Assembly: GCA_938091905.1 (NCBI GenBank)
Contig: CALKOM010000014.1
Location: 1-64,000, forward strand
DNA from: an uncultured Verrucomicrobiales bacterium
Lineage (GTDB): Bacteria > Verrucomicrobiota > Verrucomicrobiia > Verrucomicrobiales > DEV007
Direction: 5' to 3'
DNA: 64,000 bases
The first letter of the stretch is position 1. The number at the start of each line of letters is the position of its first letter. The notes under the pieces were generated by a model, which was not told the DNA's origin, ran no database searches, and was given only the letters and a program-made list of their open reading frames with translations. Shown one piece after another: positions 9,069 to 19,364 of the stretch. A program made the translations under genes and the position numbers.

Positions 9069-10424
9069 ATGAAGATCCATCTTATCGGGGCAGGCGAAGT
9101 CGGGCGACACATGGCATTCCGGCTCAGTGGTGATGGGCACGATATCGTCCTGATTGAAAAGGATGAGTCCCGAGCGCGTGAGCTGGAAGACCAGCTGGAT
9201 GCCAAGGTCATGGTCGGTGACGGTTGTTCGCCACATTTCCTAGCCGAGTCTGGCGTGGGCGAATGCGAACTCTTTCTTGCCCTAACGAGCTGCAACAACG
9301 CCAATCTCGTTAGCAGCTCGATGGCGAAACAGTTAGGGGCACGTAAGACGATCTGTCGTCTTCACCCAGGTTTGCAACGGGAAGCCTGGATGTTCGATTT
9401 CAAGAAAGAATTCCACGTCGACTATCTGTTCAGCTCAGAACGCCTCTCAGCAATCGAGTTAGCAAAGTTTATCTGCAACCCCGCTAGTGTGGTCGTCGAG
9501 GAGATCGCACGTGGCAAGATCGAGCTGCAACAGCTCGAAGTGGACCCGAAGAGTCAAAACGTGGGCAAGACCCTGCTCGATCTACAGGCTCCAAATCGGG
9601 TCCGTATCGCTGCAATCACCCGTGATGGGCAGAGTTTCGTGCCGAATGCCGAGTCCCTAATTCAAGTGAACGATAGGCTTACCATCTTTGGAGATCCTCG
9701 AAAGCTTCGCTCCCTAACAAGTCAGCTACAACCCGATCGCGTAGAACCCAGCGAGCAGAATGTGGTCATCTTTGGAGGTGGCGAGTATGGCTATTCCTTG
9801 GCACAGATGCTAGAAAGCTGGAACACCCGTACGAGAATCTTGGAGAGAGACAGAGCCCGCGCCCAAGTTCTGGCAGAAAGCCTAGAAAAGACAAAGGTGA
9901 TCAATGTAGACGCCACCTCCATCCTCGAACTTCGTGAGGAACAGGTTGGTGAAGCCGATTTCTTTGTAGCCGCCAGCGGCAATGACGAAGACAACGTCAT
10001 GACGTGCCTCCAAGCGCACAACCTGGGCGCAAAGCACTGCCTCACCCTAATTCATCGAGCCGACTATGCCGATGCCATCAGCGCCAACGGTGAGCACCTC
10101 GGCATCATGGCCGCGGTAAGCCCCCGCGAAGCCACCAGAATCGACCTCATGAGGTTTGTGACGTCTGACCGGTTCCATCTCTTTAAACAGCTTGATGAAG
10201 GGGAGATCATCGAAATGGCTATTCCCGAGAATGCCTTCGTCGTGGGCAAGCGGGTACAGGAAATCAGTTGGCCAGCCAGCGCTGTTCTCGTCGCTCTGAT
10301 CAATGGGGACAGAGCCATTGTCCCTGGTGCAGAAGACGTGCTCGAAGCCGGGCAGAACCTTTACGCCATGGTGGCACCTGAGTCCCGGAAACAGCTCATC
10401 AAGTTGATTACCAAGAAAGCTTAA
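9069..10424 (+). CDS. trkA: Trk potassium uptake NAD-binding subunit
   Basis: Two RCK_N (IGAGEVG; FGGGEYG) and RCK_C pairs, 451 aa. Confidence 0.92.
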   Translation: MKIHLIGAGEVGRHMAFRLSGDGHDIVLIEKDESRARELEDQLDAKVMVGDGCSPHFLAESGVGECELFLALTSCNNANLVSSSMAKQLGARKTICRLHPGLQREAWMFDFKKEFHVDYLFSSERLSAIELAKFICNPASVVVEEIARGKIELQQLEVDPKSQNVGKTLLDLQAPNRVRIAAITRDGQSFVPNAESLIQVNDRLTIFGDPRKLRSLTSQLQPDRVEPSEQNVVIFGGGEYGYSLAQMLESWNTRTRILERDRARAQVLAESLEKTKVINVDATSILELREEQVGEADFFVAASGNDEDNVMTCLQAHNLGAKHCLTLIHRADYADAISANGEHLGIMAAVSPREATRIDLMRFVTSDRFHLFKQLDEGEIIEMAIPENAFVVGKRVQEISWPASAVLVALINGDRAIVPGAEDVLEAGQNLYAMVAPESRKQLIKLITKKA

Positions 10425-10711
10425 ATATCGAAATCGAGCGCCTTCCGATCCGTCGTGAAGGGTTTGATGACCGAATCCAGGTAAGCAACGTGCAGCGGAT
10501 CCACCCGATAAGCTTCGAGTGCCTCCATGGATTCGAGTTCTACCGACAGGAAGAATGACCACTCTTCATCGGGCACCACATTTCTCCCTGCCTGAACACG
10601 ACTGACGTGGGAAATGGCGCCGAGCTGGCTACGGGTCGTTTCGATAATCTCGCCTAGCTTGGCATCATCGACCTCTGGATTCAGCTTGAAGAAGACAAGA
10701 TGGAGAATCAT
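10421..10711 (-). CDS. Dabb family (stress-responsive A/B barrel) protein
   Basis: MILHLVFFKL...LEAYRVDPLHV...ALDF pattern. Confidence 0.85.
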   Translation of the reverse strand: MILHLVFFKLNPEVDDAKLGEIIETTRSQLGAISHVSRVQAGRNVVPDEEWSFFLSVELESMEALEAYRVDPLHVAYLDSVIKPFTTDRKALDFDI

Positions 10712-10743
10712 AATTTAAGCTTGGTCTGCCCCACAATCGCCGC

Positions 10744-11121
10744 CTAATCACTCCACCGCAGAGCGCCTTTCTTCAGCGCATAAAGATAAGCGACAAAGAG
10801 AATGCCAACGAAACTGAGCGCACTCCAGAAGGCAATCGTCACGCCGTCACGAACGACGAGTTCCTGAAAGGTGACCGCCCAGGGGTACATAAAGACCACC
10901 TCAATATCAAAGATGACGAATAGCATCGCCACGAGGTAGAACTTGACGCTGAATCGAGGCTGGGTCTCGCCAATCGGAAGCATGCCGCACTCGTAGGCGG
11001 AATCTTTCACCTCCGAGCGCTGGGCGCTCTTTCCAAGAACGACACTGATCAGCAGGGTGACGGCAGCAAAGCCACCCGCGATGAGGATCTGAATGAGAAT
11101 GGGCAAGTAATCGGAACTCAT
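10744..11121 (-). CDS. nuoA: NADH-quinone oxidoreductase subunit A
   Basis: AYECGM, RFSVKFYLVAMLFVIFDIEVVFMYPWA, KKGALRW. Confidence 0.95.
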   Translation of the reverse strand: MSSDYLPILIQILIAGGFAAVTLLISVVLGKSAQRSEVKDSAYECGMLPIGETQPRFSVKFYLVAMLFVIFDIEVVFMYPWAVTFQELVVRDGVTIAFWSALSFVGILFVAYLYALKKGALRWSD

Positions 11122-11135
11122 GGCCTGAAATGGAA

Positions 11136-11185
11136 AGCACTTAATCCCGGGATTTCCGTTACCGGAGATCTCGAGATTAAGTGCT
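11136..11185. promoter_or_regulatory. 23-bp imperfect inverted repeat just upstream of nuoA (terminator/attenuator or operator)
   Basis: AGCACTTAATCCCGGGATTTCCG-TTAC-CGGAGATCTCGAGATTAAGTGCT, with 3 non-Watson-Crick positions. Confidence 0.55.
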
Positions 11186-11300
11186 GTTAAGAGGTAATCA
11201 CCTTTCCGTCAACCAACGAAGGTCGACAGATCAGCGGCTGCGAGTCGCGATGGAGGGAGGAACGAATCGGAGCGTTGTTTGGGGAAGGAAGAAGGGACGC

Positions 11301-11651
11301 TTAGGAAGCGGCCTTCTGCTGCGCAGCTGCCTGCTCTGCTTGCATCTTCTCAGCTTGCGCTGCTAAGTACTCACTAGAAGCTTCATGAATCCGGTCTGTA
11401 CCACGGTACTTTCGACCTTCCTTCTCAACGAGGCCACGGGTGACCAAGTTTTGAAGCTTTTCATATGCTCGCAGGCGCAGCATTTCTTCGCCTCCGCTGA
11501 CGGCGTTCTTCTCTTTGAGGTTCTCATACACGGACTCAAAGAGCCCGTTGAATGGCAGAAACTCCTTCTCGACCTTCATCACATTGACGATTTCATCAGT
11601 AACGTGGTCAGGAATGCGGCGAGAGAAACGTGTTCTTCGTGTTGTAGCCAT
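11301..11651 (-). CDS. Small basic hypothetical protein, possibly winged-helix-like
   Basis: MATTRRTRFSRRIPDHVTDE...GGEEMLRLRAYEKLQNLVTRGLVEKEGRKYRG; strongly biased codon usage. Confidence 0.75.
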   Translation of the reverse strand: MATTRRTRFSRRIPDHVTDEIVNVMKVEKEFLPFNGLFESVYENLKEKNAVSGGEEMLRLRAYEKLQNLVTRGLVEKEGRKYRGTDRIHEASSEYLAAQAEKMQAEQAAAQQKAAS

Positions 11652-12398
11652 AGGACCGTCAGTATACCACGTCTTAAGACTTAAAGCGAATGGTTTTAGC
11701 CCCTCGCCCCCCCGAGAGACGTTTCAGTTTCTCAAAAATTCGCACATCCGCGAATCATATGTGGGTCTCTCGCCAAGCCCCTCAGCAAACACTGTATACC
11801 CTGAAATCTCAATCCGCCCCTCGTCTAGGCGGGATCCCGATGACCCTGAGCCAGAGGTTGGCCCCCATTCAGGGCTAATCCACAGCCGACAGAACCGCTT
11901 GGGCTAAGCATGGTTATCAGCGCTCGTATCCTGAAACTCAGCGCCCCCAATCATCACAGGTCACTTAAGAATCGAGAAACACTTAGATAAATCCTGGCCA
12001 ATCAGTTATTTAAGATAAATAAATATTTTAAAACTTCTAAGTTTTCCCTTAACTGTCTGGAGCGCTCTTAATGGAGATATCCCACGAATAGTAAACCAAT
12101 CAAAACCAACCTTCGGCAGAACACCTAATATTTTAAGCTTGATTTATCGTTGATTTAACATATTTATTAAAAATAACCATAATCACCAAATCGAGAACAT
12201 CACTTCACTCCTGATTTCTTCTCAATTTAGACTAGACCAAATCAAAAGTGAGACGCAGAATAAAAACGCCATCGGATAGAAAAGATTTACAAATTATCAA
12301 TCATCTCAATCATAACCATTACTAAAAACTTAGTTGAAATAAGTTATGCACATGGCTTATGACAAACGTTGAATTTTAGAGGCTGAATCAAATACAGT

Positions 12399-12875
12399 AT
12401 GTCTACACAGGTCCTCACAGACGAGCAAGAAGCCGTGCGCCGCGACGCAGGCAAGCTTGCCGATTTCATTATGTTCACCCAGCGTTCCTTCCTGCTCAAT
12501 CTTTCGAAGGAACTCAACAAGGGGAGCGTTTCTTTCGCTCAGTTCTTCCTCCTCGGCTATCTTGCCAACGAGGACTACCTGACGATGACAAGCATCTCCA
12601 AGAAGATGGGTCACTCCACCGCAGCAGCCACAGGCTTGGTGGATCGCCTTGAAAAGCTTGGCTATGTCCAACGCCTCCACGCCTCTGATGACCGTCGTAA
12701 GGTCATGGTCCAGATCACCCGCAAGGGCATCGATCTCGTTGAGCGGATGCGAGAAGACATCGTCGGTAATCTTGTCGACTTGATGTCCGGGCTCGACCAG
12801 ACTGAAAAGCGCAGCTTCATCGACACCTACGGAAAGCTCTCAGATTCGTTTGCCGGCCTCGGCGCCGCACGCTAG
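12399..12875 (+). CDS. MarR family transcriptional regulator
   Basis: ATGLVDRLEKLGYVQR...DDRRKVMVQITRKG. Confidence 0.92.
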   Translation: MSTQVLTDEQEAVRRDAGKLADFIMFTQRSFLLNLSKELNKGSVSFAQFFLLGYLANEDYLTMTSISKKMGHSTAAATGLVDRLEKLGYVQRLHASDDRRKVMVQITRKGIDLVERMREDIVGNLVDLMSGLDQTEKRSFIDTYGKLSDSFAGLGAAR

Positions 12876-12889
12876 TTGAGCGTGTCCGC

Positions 12890-13573
12890 ATGCAACCAGG
12901 TCAGTCGCAAACTTATCTAAAACACGAATCACTGAGCGCATGTGCCGATCTGGCACATGCGTTTTTGTGTCGGGACACCACGGTCGATGTAGACGTCCCC
13001 AAGGACGAAGCCGTTCAGCGACTTGCCCCTTTCTACCAACACGAGGTCGAGCGTCAGGGATTCTCGTGGACCCAACTCCAGACTGCCGAGCAAACCCATG
13101 GCAGTGCCCTGGCGATCGTCGAACGGTCTTTAGGTGGTCTCCGGCCATTACCCACCGTCGACGGGCTGCTGACAAACCATCCTGGCGTGCTCCTCGGCAT
13201 CATGACAGCCGACTGCTGCGCTGTCTCTATCGTGGACCCCGTCAAACGCGCCATTGCGCTCGTACATTCGGGCAAGCGTGGAACAGAAAGCAACATCTCC
13301 AGCCGAGCGATCACTCAGCTCCGCGACGCATTTGGCTCCTCTGCCGCAGATCTCGTCGTTCAACTCAGCCCCTGCATTCGACCACCCCATTACGAGGTCG
13401 ACATCGCAAAAACGATTCGTGAGCAGGCAGCTGCGGCGGGCGTGCCGGAAGGGCAGATTCATGATGAGGGCTACTGCACGGCGAGCGATGAAGAGAGATT
13501 CTACTCGTATCGGCGCGAGAAAGGCTTCACAGGACGCCACCTCGCTCTGCTAGGCTACCCTGCGCACGCATGA
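12890..13573 (+). CDS. YfiH/PgeF (polyphenol oxidase-like, purine nucleoside phosphorylase) family protein
   Basis: EQTHG, DGLLT, TADCC, VHSGKRG, FYSYRRE. Confidence 0.9.
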   Translation: MQPGQSQTYLKHESLSACADLAHAFLCRDTTVDVDVPKDEAVQRLAPFYQHEVERQGFSWTQLQTAEQTHGSALAIVERSLGGLRPLPTVDGLLTNHPGVLLGIMTADCCAVSIVDPVKRAIALVHSGKRGTESNISSRAITQLRDAFGSSAADLVVQLSPCIRPPHYEVDIAKTIREQAAAAGVPEGQIHDEGYCTASDEERFYSYRREKGFTGRHLALLGYPAHA

Positions 13574-14379
13574 TCGAACTTTCCGCTACCGCCAAGATTA
13601 ACCTCAACCTACGCATTCTAGGAAAGCGTAAAGACGGCTTCCATGATTTGGAAACACTCATGACGTGTGTGGATCTAGCGGACACTCTAACCGTCTCCAA
13701 GGCCGGCACCTTACGGTTCACCTGCTCGCGCCCGGACCTGGAAACGGAGGACAACCTTGTCATACAGGCTGTGCGTTTACTAGAAAAAGAGGTAACTAGC
13801 GACTTACCGGTAAGCATTCACCTTGAGAAACGCACACCCTCCGGCGCTGGACTCGGCGGCGGAAGTAGTGATGCTGCCGCCACCTTCAAAGCAGTGCGAG
13901 AACTCTACCAACTGGACGTCTCCAACCAACGCCTAGAGGCGCTCGCCGCAGACCTGGGATCGGACATCCCCTTCTTCATTACAGGAGGCACCGCCTTGTG
14001 TCGGGGACGCGGAGAACGACTCGAACCAATTGAGTTTCCCTGGAAACTCAATCTCATGCTCTTGAGGCACCCCTTAGAAATCCCAACTCCGTGGGCTTAC
14101 AAACACTGGGCGAGTTCCAAAGAAATACCCGGACTTCCATATAGGGCTCAAACGATGCCCTGGGGTGAGATCATCAATGATTTGGAACGTCCCGCTTTCG
14201 CCAAGTACCTCATTCTGGGTGACACCAAACGCTGGCTGCTCGATCAGCCTGAAGTCGAAGCCGCTGCCATGACCGGCTCGGGCTCGGCTCTCTTCGCCAT
14301 TCTTAAGGACGGTGTTGATCGCCAGGAACTCGCTAAAAGAGCAAAGGAACACTACGGGGAAAGCCTTTGGACATTCTAA
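13570..14379 (+). CDS. ispE: 4-diphosphocytidyl-2-C-methyl-D-erythritol kinase
   Basis: AKINLNL, GAGLGGGSSDAA, LGSDIPFF, NDLE, MTGSGS. Confidence 0.95.
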   Translation: MIELSATAKINLNLRILGKRKDGFHDLETLMTCVDLADTLTVSKAGTLRFTCSRPDLETEDNLVIQAVRLLEKEVTSDLPVSIHLEKRTPSGAGLGGGSSDAAATFKAVRELYQLDVSNQRLEALAADLGSDIPFFITGGTALCRGRGERLEPIEFPWKLNLMLLRHPLEIPTPWAYKHWASSKEIPGLPYRAQTMPWGEIINDLERPAFAKYLILGDTKRWLLDQPEVEAAAMTGSGSALFAILKDGVDRQELAKRAKEHYGESLWTF

Positions 14380-14380
14380 C

Positions 14381-16384
14381 ATGTCTGCGATAGCAACACA
14401 GCGCCCCGCTCACTATCGTCCAGACATCGACGGGCTCCGGGCCTTGGCCGTCATTCCTGTCCTTCTATTTCACCTCGGCCTGAGCTGCCCTGGTGGTTAC
14501 GTCGGCGTCGACATCTTCTTCGTCATCTCGGGCTTTCTCATTACGAGTATCATCCTGCGAGAGATCGCTGCAGGCACGTTCACTCTCTCTGCATTCTGGG
14601 TAAGACGCATCCGGCGTATCTTGCCAGCCTTGTTCGTCGTGATCTTGGCAACCATGATCGGCGCTGGGTTCGTCCTCTATCCAGAAGACTACCGCCTCTT
14701 CGGCAAGGAAGTCATTTCTCAAGCAGCTCTTGTCGCGAACTTCTACTTTTGGCAACAAAATGGCTACTTCGATGCCCCAGCCGAGAAACTAGCACTTCTT
14801 CATACGTGGTCACTTGCAGTCGAAGAGCAATTCTATCTCCTCTTTCCTTTCGTCTTGGGACTACTTCATCGATATGGACGATCTCTTCTAAAATGGACGG
14901 CGGCATTCGCCATCCTCTCCTTTGCTTGGAGCGCCGTCGGCATCTACGCGTTCCCCCGGGCCTCCTTCTACCTGCTTCCCGCCCGTGCCTGGGAACTCCT
15001 GCTTGGTAGCCTTCTCGCACTCTGGCAAGTGTCCAGCAAGCGGCCTCTTCCAAAAACCCTATCAGAGATCGGCAGCTGGGGTGGACTGGGCTTGATTCTC
15101 TATGCCATCGCCACCTACAGCACGTCGACGCGTTTCCCCGGATCTGCAGCACTCGCTCCCTGCCTCGGAGCCGGCCTTCTCATCGCCTCAAATGACAAAA
15201 CGCGCACCGTGGTCGGTCGCCTCCTATCGCTGAGCCCCTTTGTCCTTGTTGGAAAGATCTCTTACTCGCTTTATCTCTGGCACTGGCCCTTGATTGTTCT
15301 CTACAAGGCTAGTTCGATTCAAAGCCTAACGCTCAACGAACAGTTAGGGATCTTATTCGCCTCCTTTGTTCTAGCTTGGCTCTCCTGGCGCTTTGTCGAG
15401 ACTCCCTTCCGCAAGCCTTCCGAATCTTCTAAAATACCTTCAAAGCGCGTCTTCCAAGCATTCGCAGCAGTGACCGTGGTCTCCATCCTCCTCGGCACCA
15501 TCATCTATAAAAACGATGGCTTCGAGTCCCGATTCTCACCTGCAGTCATTCGCTACATGAATGCCGAGCTAGCGCGCGAACCTGGAGACAAGATTGACCT
15601 GCTCGAGAATGGCGCTCCGCCTTTGCTCATCAGAGCAAAGGCCGCCCCCGATGCCCCAGTTCTTCCCGTCCTCATCTGGGGTGATAGCCACGCTCGCTCC
15701 ATCCTCCATCTCTGCCGCGAAGCCTGCCGTGAATCTGGCACGAACATCTACGCATCAGCCTTCGCCGGAACACCACCTCTACTTGGCACCGTCCATCCGC
15801 CCAGAATGACGTCGCGAGACTACAACGACGCCGTCCTGGCATTCATCAAAGCTAAGCAAATTGAAACCGTCATTCTCGTAGGAAGATGGACGCATCATGC
15901 CATTGGAGCCCCTGAGACGAACACCCCACCTGCCCTTCGTGCCAGCGACGCCCCCAAGATGTCTTCCAAAAAAGCCTTTCGTTCCAGCTTCACTCGCACC
16001 ATCCGGTCACTAACAGAATCCGACGTCTCCGTTTGGGTCATGAAGCAGGTGCCCAATCACCGCGTTGACCTACCGAGTGCCCTTGCCACCGCTACTCGAT
16101 TTCCCTCCCAAGCTCCCAACGGCATCGAATCCCTTGGCGTCAGCGTCACAGAGCACCTTGAGTTTCAGAAATTCACCAACGAGATCATCGATGCCCATGC
16201 CAGCGATTCCGTGACGGTTCTAGATCCTCTATCAACCTTCACAACCGCCTCAGATCGTTGCCGACTTGAACGCGGTGGGCATTCACTCTATCACGACGAC
16301 AACCATCTCTCCGATCGGGGCTCCCTTGAGCTCCGCCCGCTGTTCGAACCTCTGTTTCGAACATGGCATGTTAGCCAAAAGTAA
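14381..16384 (+). CDS. Acyltransferase-3 (OafA-like) membrane O-acetyltransferase with C-terminal SGNH domain
   Basis: YRPDIDGLRALA, GGYVGVDIFFVISGFLIT, HTWSLAVEEQFY, ISYSLYLWHWP; GDSHA and DDNHL. Confidence 0.93.
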   Translation: MSAIATQRPAHYRPDIDGLRALAVIPVLLFHLGLSCPGGYVGVDIFFVISGFLITSIILREIAAGTFTLSAFWVRRIRRILPALFVVILATMIGAGFVLYPEDYRLFGKEVISQAALVANFYFWQQNGYFDAPAEKLALLHTWSLAVEEQFYLLFPFVLGLLHRYGRSLLKWTAAFAILSFAWSAVGIYAFPRASFYLLPARAWELLLGSLLALWQVSSKRPLPKTLSEIGSWGGLGLILYAIATYSTSTRFPGSAALAPCLGAGLLIASNDKTRTVVGRLLSLSPFVLVGKISYSLYLWHWPLIVLYKASSIQSLTLNEQLGILFASFVLAWLSWRFVETPFRKPSESSKIPSKRVFQAFAAVTVVSILLGTIIYKNDGFESRFSPAVIRYMNAELAREPGDKIDLLENGAPPLLIRAKAAPDAPVLPVLIWGDSHARSILHLCREACRESGTNIYASAFAGTPPLLGTVHPPRMTSRDYNDAVLAFIKAKQIETVILVGRWTHHAIGAPETNTPPALRASDAPKMSSKKAFRSSFTRTIRSLTESDVSVWVMKQVPNHRVDLPSALATATRFPSQAPNGIESLGVSVTEHLEFQKFTNEIIDAHASDSVTVLDPLSTFTTASDRCRLERGGHSLYHDDNHLSDRGSLELRPLFEPLFRTWHVSQK

Positions 16385-16389
16385 CTTGA

Positions 16390-17154
16390 TAATAGGAATT
16401 ACTCTCCTTCGCCGATCAATCGATCAGATCATATTCTTAGGGCCTGATGCGTTCAGCGCTCCCGCACCTTGTTCCCGTTTCACTTTCAGTCACTCCCTAT
16501 TCCTAGCAACCCACTTTCAAACTCCCATGGGATAGCTATGGAGTGGAGTATGAGCGCTAAATTCCTATACTTGCTTTCGCTGGCAGCACTGAGCTCGGCG
16601 TAGCCGGGATTCTCGCTAGGACCACAAAGCTTCTCACTTCCGCCCTTACAAATCATCGTAAACGGCACATCGCGCAGGACGCCGAGCGCGTAGACTTCCG
16701 CCATCTCCACAGCGAGTTCGCATGAGGCTGGTGCCATGCCAAAAGCGCCAGAGTCCAAACCTTGGAGCTCATAGACATGACCGGCGCACGGACTTTCCCA
16801 ACCGCGCCATTTGACTTCTTTATTCTAGCCATCGCAGCCCACTTCATTGCCACAATGTTCGTCTACACCTTCAGCAGTAGGCACATGCTTTGCAAACAAG
16901 TTGCTATCCCTTGAATTGATCGCCTAGACGAAACATCGGTAATCCGCTGGGCTTTTAATCACTCCATAACAATCACGCAACAAGCTCATGGTGAAGTTCG
17001 CCAGGTAATTGTCGTGATCGAACTCTTCACAGATTGTTTGTGGCTTCGCCTGGGGATGGGGCCTTGAAATCTCCATTGCCAGGTCGCGATAACGCTTGGC
17101 TTCCTTCGCCCTTTCCGATCCTGCTGGATCTGGTTCTGCATAGGGTAGTTTCAT
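16390..17154 (-). pseudogene. Remnant of a vanadium-dependent haloperoxidase (N-terminal half only)
   Basis: One frame reads NYLANFTMSL...DYRCFV*AINS...DG*NKEVKWRGWESPCAGHVYELQGLDSGAFGMAPA..ELAVEMAEVYALGVLRDVPF, with TAG at 16924-26 and 16825-27. The catalytic C-terminal half is absent. Confidence 0.75.
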
Positions 17155-17546
17155 CCTTTGATACCCTCTCTATTTCCTTATTTTAATCTAGTTGACGAGT
17201 GACTATGACCTCCCTGGCAATGCCAACAGCTTGAGTATAGGAGACCAAGCTACCGCCCGAACAATTCGGATACCTGCTCGACAACCGAGTAGATGCGCAC
17301 ACCCTACCATTGATGCAGGGCAAGCAAATTGTGGCGGATGCTCAAGCATAGCACTCAAGGCAACAGCGGCGAAAGTCATTTCAATTCCGCATACCATGCC
17401 GCTTTGCTCAATGATTCTGACAACCCTTGAGGTCGGGAGCGTAGGCGAATTCGTCGGCAGAAGGAAGCACTGACCCACCTAACCAAAAGCGCCATGATAG
17501 CATGTCGCAAGATTGTTCAAGTTCACTGAAGCTGCAAATGCGACAG

Positions 17547-19259
17547 CTAATCGTCCTCAGCCTCGAGCGCCAAGGCTTTCGACGACTTCCGACCAAGCAG
17601 GATAAGTTCACTCCGCAACATCTCAGGAAACTTCCCCGCGTCCTCCAACTCGGCTTCAGCCGCAGCCCAAGTCTGCGGAGAGCCACCTGGCTGACCGCCC
17701 AGCTCCTGACAAAGCAAGAGTGACAGGTAAGCGGAGGACAGCGAATCCTCAGAGCCATAACGCCGCCCCGCAACGAAGTCATCGACAAGTGCTTGGGCCT
17801 TCGCTAGGCCATTCTCAAAGTCTTCTAGCATTAGGCAAGCCCGGATGATGTAGTACTGACAGGACGCGTAATCCAAGTGCATCCTACGCTCACTGTAGGC
17901 ACGTTCGCCAACGCTATTGTAGGCAATGATTTCAGCTTGAACCATGTCCGGCATATCCTCACCCATGACCACTGGATCGGGATGCCCGCGCATGACCAAG
18001 CCTTTGAAATAGATCCCCATTGCTCGCAGGTTGAGAGGATATTGATACAAGACATCTTTGACCAAGTTCTGTTCCTCTCGCCAAACAGGGGAACGAGACC
18101 AAGACAAGGTCGCAAACGAGACGACGAGTATTCCGAGCACCGGCCGTGCGATCCAACGGAGACTAGGAAAGCGGAAATCCGTGAGTTCACGGACGCCATA
18201 GGCGAAGAGAAGTCCAATCCACGGCATAGACGGGTAAGTTCGATACTCCACCATGGGTTCATCTAACGTGTAGGCGAATCGCAACAAGAGATGGAAGAAG
18301 CACAAGCCAAGCAACGCAGCGAGCCAGCGCTTACAGCGAATGTACCTTTCTAAGATCACAGCCGCCGCCGCAAAGATCACCACAAGCTTGGTCACCGCTT
18401 CGCCGTCTGACCAGGCAATGGTCCATGGAATATGATGATCACTCGACAACCCTATAGGCGCAAACATTCTGCTCACATACTCGCCCATCACCCGTGCTTG
18501 CGTCAGCCAGTGATGCCCCAATTCCGCGAAATTCCCGAGCTTGGAAAGCACCAATCCAAACCAAGCCGCCGTGAACACAATCGCACAGAGCCCTATCCCT
18601 GCGATCATCAGTAATCTACTCTTCGGCTCAAGCTGAATTCCTTTGTCCTCACCCAGCCGCGCGGTAAAGAAGATCAAGATCGTCGCGTGAAAGAACCCTG
18701 GCTCTTTCGCCATGCCCGCAAGCAACACTAGCCCTACAGAGATCACACCCCAGAGAAGTCTTCGCCCGTCACGCCATTTTAGAAAAGCAACGCACGCGAG
18801 CATCGAGAGCAACGTCGCCAGTAGAATCGTGGTCTGCGCGGCATAGTGAACGGGCTCCACACAAAGCGGGTGCACGGCAAAGAGAAGCGCTCCCCAGAAA
18901 GCGAGGGATTCCGCGTGACTACAAATCGATTCTGGCCCCAGCCTAACAAAGGAACGCAGCAAGCCCAAACTCGTGAAGGCAACCAGACCATGAAGGAACC
19001 AATTAAAGCCATGGAAGGCAACTGGGCTCGGCCCGAAGAGAAGATAGATTCCGCGCCAACAAGCGTGGGTGAGAAATCGACCAATCCAATCAAACTCCAG
19101 AGGCTTCGTCCCGATCACCTCCGCCCGCATGACGATGTGGTGAAAGTCGTCCATGTAGAAGGCAGCCTGCCAGGCTCCGATCTGTGAAAGGAGCGCTGCG
19201 GCAAGCACCAAGAGCCAGGGCCAAAGGGTCCGCGCCCAAGGGCAACTCAGTAGCTTCAT
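17547..19259 (-). CDS. Polytopic membrane protein, TMTC/GT-C-like glycosyltransferase family
   Basis: FYMDDFHHI, FHGFNWFLH, LLFAVHPLCVEPV, AKE, PIGLSSDH, EYRTYPS, RSPVWREE. Confidence 0.75.
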   Translation of the reverse strand: MKLLSCPWARTLWPWLLVLAAALLSQIGAWQAAFYMDDFHHIVMRAEVIGTKPLEFDWIGRFLTHACWRGIYLLFGPSPVAFHGFNWFLHGLVAFTSLGLLRSFVRLGPESICSHAESLAFWGALLFAVHPLCVEPVHYAAQTTILLATLLSMLACVAFLKWRDGRRLLWGVISVGLVLLAGMAKEPGFFHATILIFFTARLGEDKGIQLEPKSRLLMIAGIGLCAIVFTAAWFGLVLSKLGNFAELGHHWLTQARVMGEYVSRMFAPIGLSSDHHIPWTIAWSDGEAVTKLVVIFAAAAVILERYIRCKRWLAALLGLCFFHLLLRFAYTLDEPMVEYRTYPSMPWIGLLFAYGVRELTDFRFPSLRWIARPVLGILVVSFATLSWSRSPVWREEQNLVKDVLYQYPLNLRAMGIYFKGLVMRGHPDPVVMGEDMPDMVQAEIIAYNSVGERAYSERRMHLDYASCQYYIIRACLMLEDFENGLAKAQALVDDFVAGRRYGSEDSLSSAYLSLLLCQELGGQPGGSPQTWAAAEAELEDAGKFPEMLRSELILLGRKSSKALALEAEDD

Positions 19260-19364
19260 TTAGCCCAGAATCGATGATTTTTACGGTTTATCAACCAATC
19301 TCCGACCACCTTTTGAAAGATTATCCCTGGAAGTAGCGAGGCCCTCCGGTATAGGAGCAGACAC

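Noticed and set aside
8925..9236. N-terminal extension of IspG (and similar extensions on clpP, trpF, thrB, trpE, rhomboid) given by the ORF track
   Set aside because: These overlap neighbouring genes or lack family similarity. Downstream starts fit better.
11800..11960. 6S RNA, tmRNA or a riboswitch
   Set aside because: Only a short CCCTGAGCC resemblance. I could not build the long closing stem or any aptamer consensus by eye.
16825..16926. Two in-frame TAG codons in the haloperoxidase frame as pyrrolysine or recoding
   Set aside because: The gene is also truncated and lacks its catalytic half, and many intact genes here end in TAG. Decay is the simpler explanation.
17192..17500. Short ORFs between the haloperoxidase remnant and the TMTC-like gene
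   Set aside because: No recognisable motif in any frame. It may be a remnant but cannot be supported.
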